Translations under genes and position numbers: made by a program
Source of the DNA: Yuukianura sp. NJ FZ-2021
Lineage: Eukaryota
Reading direction: 5' to 3'
Assembly: GCA_046563655.1 (NCBI GenBank)
Contig: CM102284.1
Location: 6,882,001 to 6,946,000 of the forward strand
DNA length: 64,000 nucleotides
Shown: in pieces, positions 51,501 to 64,000 of the stretch
How positions within the stretch are numbered: position 1 is the stretch's first letter
Layout of the letters: every line of letters starts with the position of its first letter
The notes under the pieces: generated by a model
Told to the model about the DNA's origin: nothing
Seen by the model: only the letters and a program-made list of their open reading frames with translations
Databases searched by the model: none

Positions 51501-53262
51501 AGGTTATCTTTCATTCCTAAAAATTCATTCAAAAATGGTTAATGAAACAGCTATCTCAAACTACACCCTACCACTATACATAGATGGGCAGGTTAATTTT
51601 ATAATTAATTTTGTTTTAATTAATTTTTCTTTTTTGGAAAAATATGCTTCTGTTGAACATTCGAATTTAATATATTAGCATTTCATATTATAAAATTTAA
51701 ATGTAGTTTTTCAAATTTTAACAGTATTTATACACAACATTTATATGTACTGTACGATATTTATTATAACACGAACGTTTTAATCTTAAAATATTTAAAT
51801 TAACCAATTTTTTATGTTGCCCATATATGGTGGTTTGGGAGGTGCGGGGAGTGTGTGATGAAGTAACTTTTAGTTTGACCGGCCGAGCTGCGCAGACGTA
51901 GGAGTAGTCGACGGCGCGAAATCGTTTTTTTCTGCCTTTGTTTTGCTGCCTTCCCGTCTCTCATCTCATCAGCTGTCAATTTTTAATTGTCATCGTTAAT
52001 TGAGTTAATTGTTCGTTAATCGTTGTCTGAGTTTTAATAATCGTCGATACTGTGCTGCTGGGGCACTTCTACGGAACGAGTACTACAAAGGGCAACGACT
52101 TACCGACGATTTTAGGAGTTGCTTTGAATGGTAACGGTATGTACGGAACAATTGGTGCTATAAAGATTACACTCCTAATTGCATTTAGATTAACATCAGG
52201 TTTTGATGGATTGTAGGCAGTTTCCAACTTTTGAAGAGCAATTAGGCGGACGATCCCTGTATGTCGGCCGACCCTGCGGCTGCCTTCGTTTATGACGCAT
52301 ATTCCGTACCTCTTGGTTGATGAAACTCTACGTCTTGGGCTTTTCTGGACGACGACGTAGCCGAACGAGCAGCGGCGGGACACGGCTCTTTTTTCTGGTA
52401 TGTTTCCCAATCCTAAATCGTCTACAGTATTGCAGAACCTTGCTAAAAGTTCTACATGTGGCTGTGGCGCTTGGAGAGGCTTGCATTGTTTTGCTCATGC
52501 CTCCCAAATCCATGGCCTTTGCTTATGAACGTGATGGTTTTGTTATAGAATGAACCAGCCTTTACACAACTGTCTGGGGGATTGGGATAGAAGGCTGTTC
52601 TGTGTCTCGACTTCGTGTGCTCTTCTTTCAGTATACTCTCAACGATGGTGTGAGTAAGTGGTAAGGAAAGTGGGACTCGTGTCTGTGTCTCTGACGATTC
52701 GTCTACTCTTTTTCACTGAGAACTACTTACTAATTTCACAGTAACCGTGCAACAACGATAACCCACCGGACGGACGTACTAATTTGTTCTACCCTTTGGC
52801 TAAATTGCTTCACACAAGACGACCGTCGTGGATGAAAGTGTCATGCAACTGTTTTGCCGGTACAGTCATTTCTGGACTTAAGCCTTTCCCGGGCACTTAA
52901 CATTTCTTAGTCTTGTGTCGGTTCGACGACGAGTCAAAATCTACGCTGCCATGCTCATCAGTGTGTAGTCGAACTTCATCTTTAACTCTCTACCGGTAAT
53001 TGTCACGTTTTAGTCACTCTATTTATAGGCTCAGTTGGATTCAAAAGTCCAAGTACAAAGAAATTTAAAGTGATCAATGCAAAGTTGTCTTCAGTCTGTG
53101 AACTTGTGAGAGACGAGTGAGCAGTGTCTACTACAAACTACGTTGAAGAACACACCCCCATCATAAATCAAGAAACGAGGACGACAGAGGTAGAAGAGGA
53201 ACTGCATCAAGGTAACTGCACTCTACCTTAAGTAAATTGTACCCTTAATATTCATTGTTCAT

Positions 53263-53412
53263 AAAGGAAGAATGTAAAGGGGAGAGTTGAACAGCAGATC
53301 TCTCTCCCTTACGAACGATGATGATGATCATCGTTCGTAAGGGAGTTAGTTGTTGGTTGACTGCTTACCGTCTGCTGGTCTAGACACAGTCTACCTTTAC
53401 ATTCGTTCCTTT
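53263..53412. repeat. Nested inverted repeat / long hairpin
   Basis: Perfect 19-bp arms at 53304-53322 and 53327-53345 with a 4-nt loop; outer arms at 53263-53280 and 53394-53412 (18 bp, one bulged G); CAGCAGA/TCTGCTG pair between them. Confidence 0.9.
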
Positions 53413-54484
53413 GGGTGGGGATAATCATCACTTTGAATCAGATTCACGTTTTTAAAAGGATAAAAGTTCATTGTGATTAGTTTTTTTTTACGATCCCTGT
53501 CAGTATAATTGTCTTCCCTGTTCCTTTGACAGGAACTGTTTTAGTTCACGTTTACTTGACAAATTGTCGTTACTTTTATTGTTTCACCTTGGACTAAATT
53601 CACCCGTAATTCAAATTCGAGATGAAGAAGGACTTGCGAATGTGACGATTTAGAATATTTCAACCTTTGCCAAGAAATGTTATTCATTTTATTCGCAAAA
53701 ATACTAGAGAGACTCCAACTTTCCGTCGCCAGTTGTTGCTGCCTTTACTTTTCTGGCAAATTTTGAATTTAGTCTTAAATTTCTAATGGTTGAAGGCAAC
53801 TGGCAAAGAAGGGCTCGTCCGGATAAAACCGAACTTTCTTTTGATTTCCATTTCCAGTTTTGTTCAGAAGTACAAAAGAATGTAGAATTGTGAGGGAGTG
53901 GAACATAACATAACTTGGTATTAGAAATGTGTAAACTCGACGAAGAAGGAGACGGATAACCTTGATTAATTTAATATGGTGATGTTGATTACAGGCTGTG
54001 AATCTCTTCGTTTCTATTGTCTCCCTCTTCATCCATTGTGATATGAAATTCAACTTCTACGCCTCCAAGGTACGGCTCTTCGTCGTCTTCTCATACTGAT
54101 GCTGCTGCTGAAGTAAAGGTGTTTATTCAGTCAAGAAGGAATCCACACCTCTAGAATATCCCAAGAAACCATTAGCCGGACTTGTTTGGCCTGACTCTGT
54201 CTCAGCTCATTAGGAAAAGATCAGACTCTTCAAAAGTTTACTAGGAGAAGTCTGGCATTGTCATTAACCTGTGAAAAGGTAAGATATCACTTTCAAAAGT
54301 CTATACACTATGAGTATTAGACATTCTCAGATTAACTGGGAGGATGGTATTACAACGAGAGTCTGTCATTTCTATAGCCCATGTCATTTTTCTAGAGACC
54401 AATTTGGTGTACCTGAAGCCGGAAACCTCAAAGATATTAGTTCAGTTCAAGTCGCAGAGCAGCGAGGGAACGTCAGGTTTCAAC

Positions 54485-57400
54485 ATGGAAGGAAAGCCCA
54501 GTCCACATTTAAAGAAAGTTCTCAAGAGCTATCAACTGTCGGCAGCCAATACAATGAGCGGACCGAGTTCTATCATGTCACGACTGGATAATGCTGGCGG
54601 TCCAGCAGCTCGAAATCGAAATGGAAGTTTTGATGGCAGTAACTCGACATCGGCTGACTCTGGGCGCGAAGTTCTCTTCCAACAGTCACTGAAACACCTT
54701 GGAAAAACGCCACCAATTTTTAGCCGGGGCCTCGGGATAAGTCTTGGCTCTCATCAGAGTCAAGCTCCTGTCCTCAGCAGAATTGCTATCGTCAATGGAA
54801 TCAAGCAAGAGCCTGGAGCTCCGGGATCTACCGGCCAAGAATCATCAAAGAGTCCAATGGAATTTCAAGGAGAAGATGACGGTGGATCAATGCTCATCAT
54901 AAACAAATCTCCTCATCAACTTCCACCGCCAATTTTAAGCGCTTCGGACAACCCAGCTAAACCTGAGAAACGGGATACACTGCTCGAAGGGGAGCTGATT
55001 GCTTGTTTCTCTGTTGGAGGCGAGAAGCGATTGTGTTTCCCACAAATTCTGAAAAGCGTACTACAAGGATTTTCGCTCCCACAAATTAATCAGGTACGTC
55101 TTACTTTACGTTTTTTTTTGTTTTATAAACAATGTGACTTTGGGGAAATGAAATGACAAAAATCGAGGTTAACGTATTACGACTGAATTTGTCATTTCCA
55201 AAAAAGTTGTCCTGCTACTCACTCAACCCGCCACGTACGCGTTATAGAGTAAAATTTTAAAAATCAACTTTTTTGATTTGTGTTTTTCTGGCTCAAAGAT
55301 TCGGAACTTTTTTTTTGAGTGTGCAGAGTTCGAGACACGCAAAGTTGTTTGTTTTGACGTCAGAAAATTTTAAAGCGTAACTTGCCAAGTGTGTGTATAA
55401 TGGTGTGGTGTGATGGAAGGAAATTAAAGGCTGTGTAGTCAACCTATGACTACTAAATGAGAAAAGTCTGCAAGTTTTTGGGCAAGGAGCATGAGGTTGA
55501 GTGAGTAGAGTACAAAAGAGGTAGAGGTCAGCCAAGGATATTACTTTTTGGAAAGAGAGAGCATAGCTGATGTTGCCTTTTGCACACACGACGACGTGTA
55601 GTTAGAAAGGAGAAAAAATTTAAAAGAAAAATTATGACAGGTTATGCGAGGAGGATGAGGAAGAATTTTTTGTATTTCTTGTTGCTCAGTTCATGTCAAG
55701 TGGACAGACCGGTTAAAAATTTTGGCAGTGGGGAACAGAACTTTGAATTTTTGTACAAGATGTACCAAAAATTTTTATTTGGATGAGGAATAAGTGAGTG
55801 TTAGATGAAAAAAAGTAACTCTCTCCCTCGTTTCGTTTGTATAAATTTGAAATTATTTTGCGAAAGCAATCATTTTGTATTTGATATTGATTATTGATGT
55901 ATTAGATAGAATCTACGACAGACCTATCAGATTTCTCAAATTTTGCAATCACCGTATCATTTTTTATTCAGAATGACGCTGAAATCATTCAAATATCATT
56001 GAGATTCAGTAAAACTCGGGAGAAATTCTGCGTAGCGGATTCATTGTTTTCGGGAATCTGAATGAATTGAAATAAGATATGATTTATGCAGATGAAAAGA
56101 AAAGAGGGAGAGACGCTGGAGAGCATTCAGCGTCGCCGGCGCTGGGACTAAATCGGGTTTTGAGAATATTTACGACATGCTGTCTGTCCCCGTCTAATAG
56201 ATTAGGGGCAGCACGAAGTACGCATAACTTTAGTTAGTGGCTGAATAAAGCTCTGAATGAATTATGAACTGTCCAGGAAGATAAGTTTCTACTTAAATCA
56301 TAATCAAATCAAACTCTAAATCTGACACTTTTGGTAATTTCCAACCGTAAAAGGTGTGAAACTGGTGTAATATAAATTGGAAAGTTCAAATTTGAAAATT
56401 GATTTATCGTTTTTAGTAATTTGGCAATTTTAATGTCGTAATCCAAGGTTAAAGTACTGTTTTTTGTTTTTTGAAAAAATGTTGTGTCGTGTGACGTGGG
56501 TGTCTGGTCGATTGGAACTGTTGATCCCGTACATCACTTCATATTTGGTTTAGTTTTTTTGTGATAAGATGAAGCTCTTAAGGAAGCGTTAAGTGGCTGA
56601 GTCAGACTTATATTTAGGTCTTAAGTGGACGCTTCGAGAGGTCGGTCACGGTCGACATGAGTTTCTGAACGAAGTCTGTCATGTGAAGGCCTTGTGTGGG
56701 GACTTTGATTTGTTGACCTTGGCCAAAGTTAGATTGTCTAGACCTCTTGCCAAGGTTCATTTAAGATGGAAAGTTCTGCTTGGATTGTCCTTGTCCATTG
56801 AAGTGAACAGTTGTGATGGTCGCCATTGCGCAAAGAGTGACCTACTAGGCTATCGATAGACTAAAGTTAGGCTAGGGTTAAGTCAAGACAATGGTTTACA
56901 GTTGAACTGAAACTGAAGTGGATCATCAAAATGGGGAAGATGCTTTTTACCATTTACAGAAACTAGTTTGACCCTTGGATTTGGAGCTAGGGAGTACTTA
57001 AAGGGCCCTGCTCCGAGATCCATTTCCTTTAAATGGCTCTGTCTCGAGGGAATTGCTCAGAATGAAGATGCAGTGTTTTTAACATTTTGAAAAAATGAGA
57101 TTCGGTGGTTCCAGACAGTCGGGCGAAAAGCGGGAAGTGGCCGCCACCGACGTTTCAGTGAAGTTGAAAATGAAGTCTTGCGTAAATCCTGAAGCGAAGG
57201 AAGTAAGAGCGACCACCACTGCTGAGTAATTTATGCTTTGCAAATGCTGCCTGGGATTTCATTCAGGAAGGCCTTTTTGCCTTTGTAAACCGTTAGGCCG
57301 TGGCCCTGCACGGTCACAAAGTTTCTGTTAGGTGGTAAATTATAATAGACATTTTTGAAAAGTCCGTTTTTTTAAATTTGGGGAAGGTTAGCGCATGTTT

Positions 57401-60400
57401 TAGGAGAAAGTTGGGTAAAAGTGTTGACGAAAGCGAAAGTTATGTCGGAACGACTTTTCAGGTTTTTGATTTGTAGAAATTGAAAGTTTTTAAATTCGGG
57501 ATTCTGAAAATTTCGCAGTTTGAAAGGAAGAAGGAGGCCTTGGAACTTTGTAATTTTTTGTAAAAAATAAGAAAGAAAGAACGAGAAAGCTGACAAACTT
57601 TTTTTCTTTTGCTTTTACGTCTTGCTATTTTTTGAAGATGGCGGTGAAGTGCTGCTAAAAACGAAAACTAAAAAATTTTTGAGTAGTAAGTTGCAAAATG
57701 TATTGATTGCCTTAGGGAATGGCATACTGGACTGCGGGTTTTGATCCGGGAGAAAGTCAGAGAAAGTGCAAAGAGTGTTTTTTTTCTAACTTGCCAAGAT
57801 TTGTTTGAGGGCAAAGTAAAGTACAACTTTTTTTTTTATAGTTGAGGCTTTTTCTGAGAAACGAATGTCTCTGGAGACATTCATCAAAGTCAATTTGTCC
57901 ACTTTCGGTTGTTGTTGTGGAGGTCCCTTGAATTCTAAAAGTCTAACAAATTTTAGCAGAAAGGAAGTGAAATAATAACACAATAGTTTTTTTTGGGTTA
58001 CTTTTTGAGGCTAATTTAAGGAAATTGGAAAAAGGGATATGTTTAGGTTAGGGGTGACTTTGAGAAGAGCAAGGAGTGGTCAAGGTCACAGGAAATTGAA
58101 AGTGTTGAAAGGAGAGTTCAGATGGCAGAGGGGAAATTGGATGAGTAAAAAGTACAGACTTATTATGGACGTTTTCTCTTTTAAATGTTATGGAAATTGG
58201 TAGGTTCGTCTTCGTCCTTGCGCTTTTTTCGGAAGAATATGGAAGATTTACTACAAAGAAAGTTCACAAAAAGGAGGTCAGGTCATTTTGAGATGATGGT
58301 TTGGGCGAAGGGTGGGAAGAAGGTTAATGCATGCGGGACGAAGTAGAACAAGATCATAAAAATATTTGGGATTTGGCTCTCCCAAAAATTTGAGATGCGA
58401 ATTCTAGGAATTTTTGTCATAACTTCGGAATTTGTCAAAAAATAGAAGTTTTTGCCAATAGGTTGCCGCAAAAGAATTTAACAAGATTTGGAGAGAGAAA
58501 AGTTTTTTTTTTTCAAAAACGTTTTGAATGTGGCTTATTTTCAAACGTGAAAGCGGAGAAAAATTTTCGCCCAAAATTTTTTTGGAGTTCGAATTTTAGG
58601 TTTACTGGGTTTCGACAAAAAATTTTTTTGGGAAAAAAAAATTCCTCGCTTCGCCGTCGTTCACAAAATTTTTCACCTAGTTTTCATAAAAATTTCAAAC
58701 GGAAATCCAGTTCGCAGTGAATTGTTGTGTCCAAAAGCATTCTAAAAATACATTATGCTAAAGCCCGTAATGTCTTCTCGTGAGAATGTGCACTACTACT
58801 GGACACCGAGAGGTCATTTGAGGTCACACATCTTCTGTACATAATAGAGTCAATGCTTTGTGTCCATGTTCATTTTAATCTTCATGTTGACCATAAATTT
58901 ATCAGGGCGAGGACTTTGTTGCTCCACTCCAATCAGAAACTGTCCAAAGTCTAAACTTGTTTAAGTGCAATGGAATGAAGTCTGAACCTAAAGACTCTTA
59001 AAGCTGCATCTCTTGTCTCTCGAGATGATAAAGACATGACATTTGGAAGGATGGACAGAGGTCATTGAATGTTAAACTCAAAAAGTGCAGTGTCAGAGCA
59101 GTTAAAAATAGCGTCATCAACCGAACAAATCCAGGGAGAGCCTGAATTTTCCTGGTTTTGAAGCAAACAACTCGTGTTACGTAACATTTATGATAGGTTT
59201 TTACAGCAGAGGGACGCTGTTATAAGGAAACTTGTGACGAAATGGCTAGACGAGGAGGAAAAGTCACAATAGACAAAAAGACAATGGTTTTTTCAGGGGA
59301 ATCGTAAGCGTCATCCGTGACTTCTTTTTTGGAAGAGCCGCAAAACACCCCAACATTGAAACAAATGAGTCAAAGGTGACCTTGGAGCGGTTTGGTTGTT
59401 TTGTGAGAAGGGTAACTGCTACTTGACTATGTGTTATTGGTAATAACTTTATTGTGTGCCGCTTATGACGCTGGCAATTTGTACAGGAAAAGGAGTTTGA
59501 GTCAGTTTTTAGTCAAGAGCTGCTGGGATTCGGCAAAAAAGAAGTTCTGGTACAGATTAGTAACTGCAGAAGAGTTTGAAGGTTGAAGAAGGAGAATGGG
59601 CAATGTCAAGCCAAGGTGGTTTTGGTTTGTAAGTGCCTAAGATTAGTTGAAAGCTGAAAAAAAGTATTGTAAGAGCGTTCTAGACTTTGGGATGATGATG
59701 ATATCGTGTCCGCCACTCTTTGGTTGTCCCAGCCAGCTTGGTGCTTGCGTTTTTTTCATCTTGTGGCCTGGGAAAACTAAATAATCTGAATCTGTAGGAG
59801 GCGGTGCTTGGCTTTTTTAAGACCTGAGCAAGGAGATTCTATTTGCATTGTAAGCTAAAATTTGTTAGATAGACGGCTTTTCTGGATGCTTAGCTGAAGG
59901 AGGCGGTTCTAATGCAATGACGTGCGAGCTAGCGATGCAAAAAAATTGGCGGATTTGGAAACGTCTTTGGCCAATTTTCTTTTTTAAGCGAGGGATTTGT
60001 GAGTTAGAGCGGTAGGAAATTTTTCAAAATTTTGAATCCAGCAGGTGATAGTTCGAGGTGTTTCGCAATATGGGCATTTTTGGCTATTTCAAACATGTAA
60101 TTTGAGCTATTGGAAAATGTTGCTCCAATTTTTTTTTACCAAACTAAATTTGGGCAGTAATGTCAATTTTCCTGTGCAAAATTTTTTAAGTGGAATTGAA
60201 GAGAGAGGCGTTCACTTTTGAGTTGCTGTGAACATGGAACTTGCATCTTTACTTTTGATGTTGTTTACTTGACCTATTTTTTTAACGAAAAGTAAAAGTG
60301 TGGGATCAGGATTTCGAATTTCGTTGAATTCGAAATGGAATGTAAGTGGGGTCATGGCTTAAATCGGTTTTAAAGTGACCTCAAATAGGGTTATGTTGGC

Positions 60401-63400
60401 TCTTCTGAAATGCATTTGTTGGACTTTAAATTGTTGACGATTGAGAGTGTTTTAAAAAATATAGAGCGAGGATTGACCCCGCCAGAACATTCACATTCAC
60501 ATTCTTGGATGACCAAATTTAGAGCTGGGACATTTTTGACCATATAAGGTCCATTTAAAAGACATCAAAATTTTAACAGTTCTTGACATGACAAAGTTCA
60601 GGCTTCGAGAATTTTGTTGTTGACACTAAAATTTGTAGCCCTGAAAATGGTATTGACATTTTTATGGCTTACAAAGACAAAGAAATAATTAATAAGCAAA
60701 AATTAACATAAAATGAACAAATTCAAATTAAAAACCGAAAATCCGGTGTTGATTTTGGATTTCGGCGAAATTAAGTGTCGAAAATCAAAAAAATGGGGAA
60801 AATGGTAAAATTTACTAAATTGTAGAATTTGAATCGAAATTTCAAAAAAAAAGTTGAACAGTTTTAAATCTCGTGTTTTTCGTGGGTTTTAGTAGAGTTA
60901 AATTTGCGCAAGTACACAAGTATCGGAAGGAGAATTTTTTTTGTATCTCCGTTTTTGGAAATTCTATCGTTTTATTTATTTTTATTTGATTTTATTGTAT
61001 TTTGGAATAATTTTTGTGTATCTTTTTTTCTTATAGGTTTGTGATGAGTTGCAAATCTTTTGCTCGAGATGCTCTACGGAGCAATTGGAGGTGCTGAAGA
61101 AGACGCGTGTGATCCCAGCTTCAATTCACTCCTGCGGCCTGATTACGAAGACAGATGCAGAACGTCTAGTCAATGCCATTCTGCATGCACATCCACCAAA
61201 GAGGGCCATGAGTGCCATGTCAGCAGTCAGTCGACCTCAGGATCCGAATAAACCTCAGCCAAATTCCCTCTTTAGGATCTCTCATCGTTGCTTTGGAAAG
61301 GCAACTGGAGTTGTCCATCCGCTGCTCTACGAAAAACCGGATTCACTTTGTATCGAGTAAGTTTTTGAGTTTAGTAGACCTCATACGCACTTGACTCCAC
61401 TCCCTTTTGGCAATTAATTGGACGATTTGGCCGTTTTCTAGGAAGAATCCTGTTTTTAAAATTCATGATTCCTGGGATCTTTCCTATCTCCTATGTATTT
61501 AAACTTGGTTCATTTAGTTTTGACTAGATTTTCTGCTAGATTGAACCAATGGAGTGCGGGAGTTTTGAGAGGCATGTGAAGTGACTATTGCCAAAAAGGT
61601 GAAAAACAATGGGGCTGCATGTCTCCAAATTCGAGTGATTTACGAACCATTTCTCTTCTGTTGCCGTCGTATGTCTTGACAGTAATTGTTCAACTTTTTT
61701 TTGTTTTCTAGAAATTGAGCTTAAAGGAGAGGGAGGTTGGAAGTTTGTTGGCAGGGCGTGTGTGGATGTGTGAAACAAAGGCGTAGTAAATACTGAGTAG
61801 TACTGCAGCTTAATGGAACGGACTCGAAAAAATAATAATGTCAAGAGACATTTGAAATGTCTGCAAAATGTCATTTACCTCCATTGTCATTTTAGGTTGT
61901 AACGGGTTTGGACTGGGGAACGGCTTTTATTGACTTTTGCGGTTGGTTCACAGTACGGCTCGTTTTGTGCCTACCGGCACTTTTTTTTTCAAGAAAAAGT
62001 TTTTGGGACGCTGATGGAAAAAGTGGAGAAAGCTTTTGTTTTTAGTTTTTAGGTGGAACTGGATAGGTTGTTTTTCTTTTTGAAAAATTGAAAATTGTGC
62101 TAATCCGCCTGGTTCTGACTTTCCCACTGCGCAATTTTAGATGTTGTAGAAAACATAACGGAGTGTGAGGTTTTTGAAGTTGAAACTAAAGTCGAGGCAC
62201 GAGCTTTTGTTTGAATGGTGGTAGGTTGAATTTTTCTTGGTAAATTTTTAATAGTGCACACAAAGGGAGAATGAATGGGAATGGAGAAAGTTAAATTGCG
62301 GCGCACTTAGAATAGAAAATGGAATCAATACTTTCTGGCGAGCTCTAAAATTAAAATGGAGATGATTTACAACGTTTTTTCTGTGGTGTGCATGTATAGA
62401 AATTTTGAAAAGTTGAAGGTTATGTTCAGTTTAGCTTTTGTGCAGGGATGTGAGTTCAAGTTCATTGTCAAGTTGTAAGTAAAAAGCATCTGTCTATCAT
62501 AGTTGTGCACACAATTGTGCCCAGAAGGTAGTAATAATTGTAATTTTAAATTGTGCAAATAGTATGCTCAGCAGAAGGTTTTAATTGCAACTTTTGTGCA
62601 CATAACGTGAAATAACGTGTGACTGACTGTTAAGACAGATGCAGAAAAGTTAAGATTGAGAAGCTGTCTGTTTTGTTGTATTTTTTTAACCTGCACTATG
62701 ATCTCCTTTTTACTTTAAGTGCGGATTAACGTAGCGGAAAGTGTGCATTTTTGATGGCTGTTTTCCTCCTTTTTTGACGGGCGGGCCATATTTTTGTGCC
62801 AATTGTTTATGTCTGGAGCAGTTAAAAAGTTTTAATTGCTTGTTTTTTTAACAACTGGCGGAGCAGATATGAATTCGCACTGCTGTTTTGAGTTGTTTTT
62901 GGTAAAAAGAGTTTTTATGGGATTAGACACACAAAGAACGAAAGTCTAGACGGAGATCATGTCAGTCAGTTTCAGTCGGCGGATTTATGTGAACAGGATG
63001 TGAAATTAAAAATAAAGTTGAGTTTTGATGTTTTAGCACTACTCCCTGAAGAAGTTTGCAAAACTAAGAAGTTAGGAGTTGAATCCTAGGTTATGTTTTG
63101 ACTTGTTCTTACCTTAGTCTGATATGGAAATGATCCTGGTCTTTGAACTTGGTAACAATGGACATGGGCTTGGTCACTAAATGATGGTGACAAGTGGACT
63201 AGCCTGTCATCAGTAATTTTTCAGTGCTAGAAATACTGATTCGTCTGGTCAATATTTTGACGTTGCTTTATCATGCACTTTTTTCCCACTCCTTCACTGT
63301 TCCTTCACCTCGGAAGAAAAAATTAGGGAGTGGAGGAGGCTAGTCTTGGTTTTAAAAAAGTGGATGGCCATTGTTTTTGAAAAGGCAACATTAACATTTT

Positions 63401-63781
63401 TAAACCCATATTGTCACTATCTAGCTAAACAAAATGTTGCCTCGGAGGAATAACAAGATTCAAAAGTACTAAAAAGTGGTTGAAAATTGAATATCGAACT
63501 TTTGAGTTTCGAATTTTTTAATACCAAGTTTGTAAAGTTTTGTATCTTGATTTGTAATTTGACTTTTTGTTTTAATTTGCAGATGTATTGACTGCCACGG
63601 TTTATTCTCACCACAACGGTTCGTTTGTCACAGTCATCAAACGGAGTATAAAACGTGCCATTGGGGTTTTGACTCTTCAAAATGGCGCAACTACATCACG
63701 GTGGCCAAGAAACAGGATAAGGAGAAACTGGAGAAGGCTCTGGAGGACTTCAAAGCTCGCTTTGATCATCGAAAACGCAAG
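54485..63781 (+). CDS. Snoo: Ski/SnoN-family transcriptional co-repressor (Sno oncogene-like), partial; continues beyond the window
   Basis: Exons 54485-55093, 61037-61356 and 63583-63781 join in frame. N-terminal R-Smad-binding motif [19 protein letters not shown] domain [54 protein letters not shown]-like Smad4-binding domain [43 protein letters not shown]. Donor GTAATC at 63782. Confidence 0.95.
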
Positions 63782-64000
63782 GTAATCAAAGTTATAAACA
63801 ATTAGTTGGAGAAAGTTATTGAAAAATGGAGGATATTAAGTTTTTTCTTAAGCTTAGCTTGGATGCTTAACAAGAGAAAGCAGGAGATGAAGATTATTTT
63901 TCAAAAGAGAAAATCTGAAATATGGGAAAAATTAAGTTGGTGGAAAGTTCGTAATTTTCTGGGGATTATTGTGACGAGGAAAGTTTACTGAAGCGTACTT

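Noticed and set aside
52069-52553. ORFs in the GC-richer block upstream of Ski
   Set aside because: No protein features; better explained as promoter/5'UTR sequence.
1-64000. tRNA/rRNA genes, transposase or reverse-transcriptase ORFs, prokaryotic systems
   Set aside because: None recognisable by eye; small ncRNAs or decayed elements cannot be excluded without covariance-model and repeat searches.

Overview
Eukaryotic, AT-rich, intron-containing DNA from an invertebrate. It is most likely an arthropod (clip-domain proteases, PLAT-less lipase, mostly 55-120 nt GT-AG introns); the species cannot be determined. The first ~29.7 kb is almost gene-free apart from one minus-strand pancreatic-lipase-family gene. 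From 29.8 kb onward there are nine co-oriented plus-strand genes: an orphan protein, a four-TM protein, a PDGF/VEGF-receptor-like Ig ectodomain ending in a GPI-type tail with no kinase, Rab3, a catalytically dead serine-protease homolog, an HCN-family channel lacking the CIGYG filter and with a charge-depleted S4, two tandem clip-domain trypsin-like proteases, and the 5' part of Ski/SnoN. All gene models were spliced by hand from GT/AG sites and reading frame, with no database searches. The strongest leads are the filter-less HCN-like channel, the putative GPI-anchored PVF/VEGF decoy, a repeated perfect DR1 13-mer, shifted intron positions between the protease paralogs, and a long hairpin upstream of Ski.
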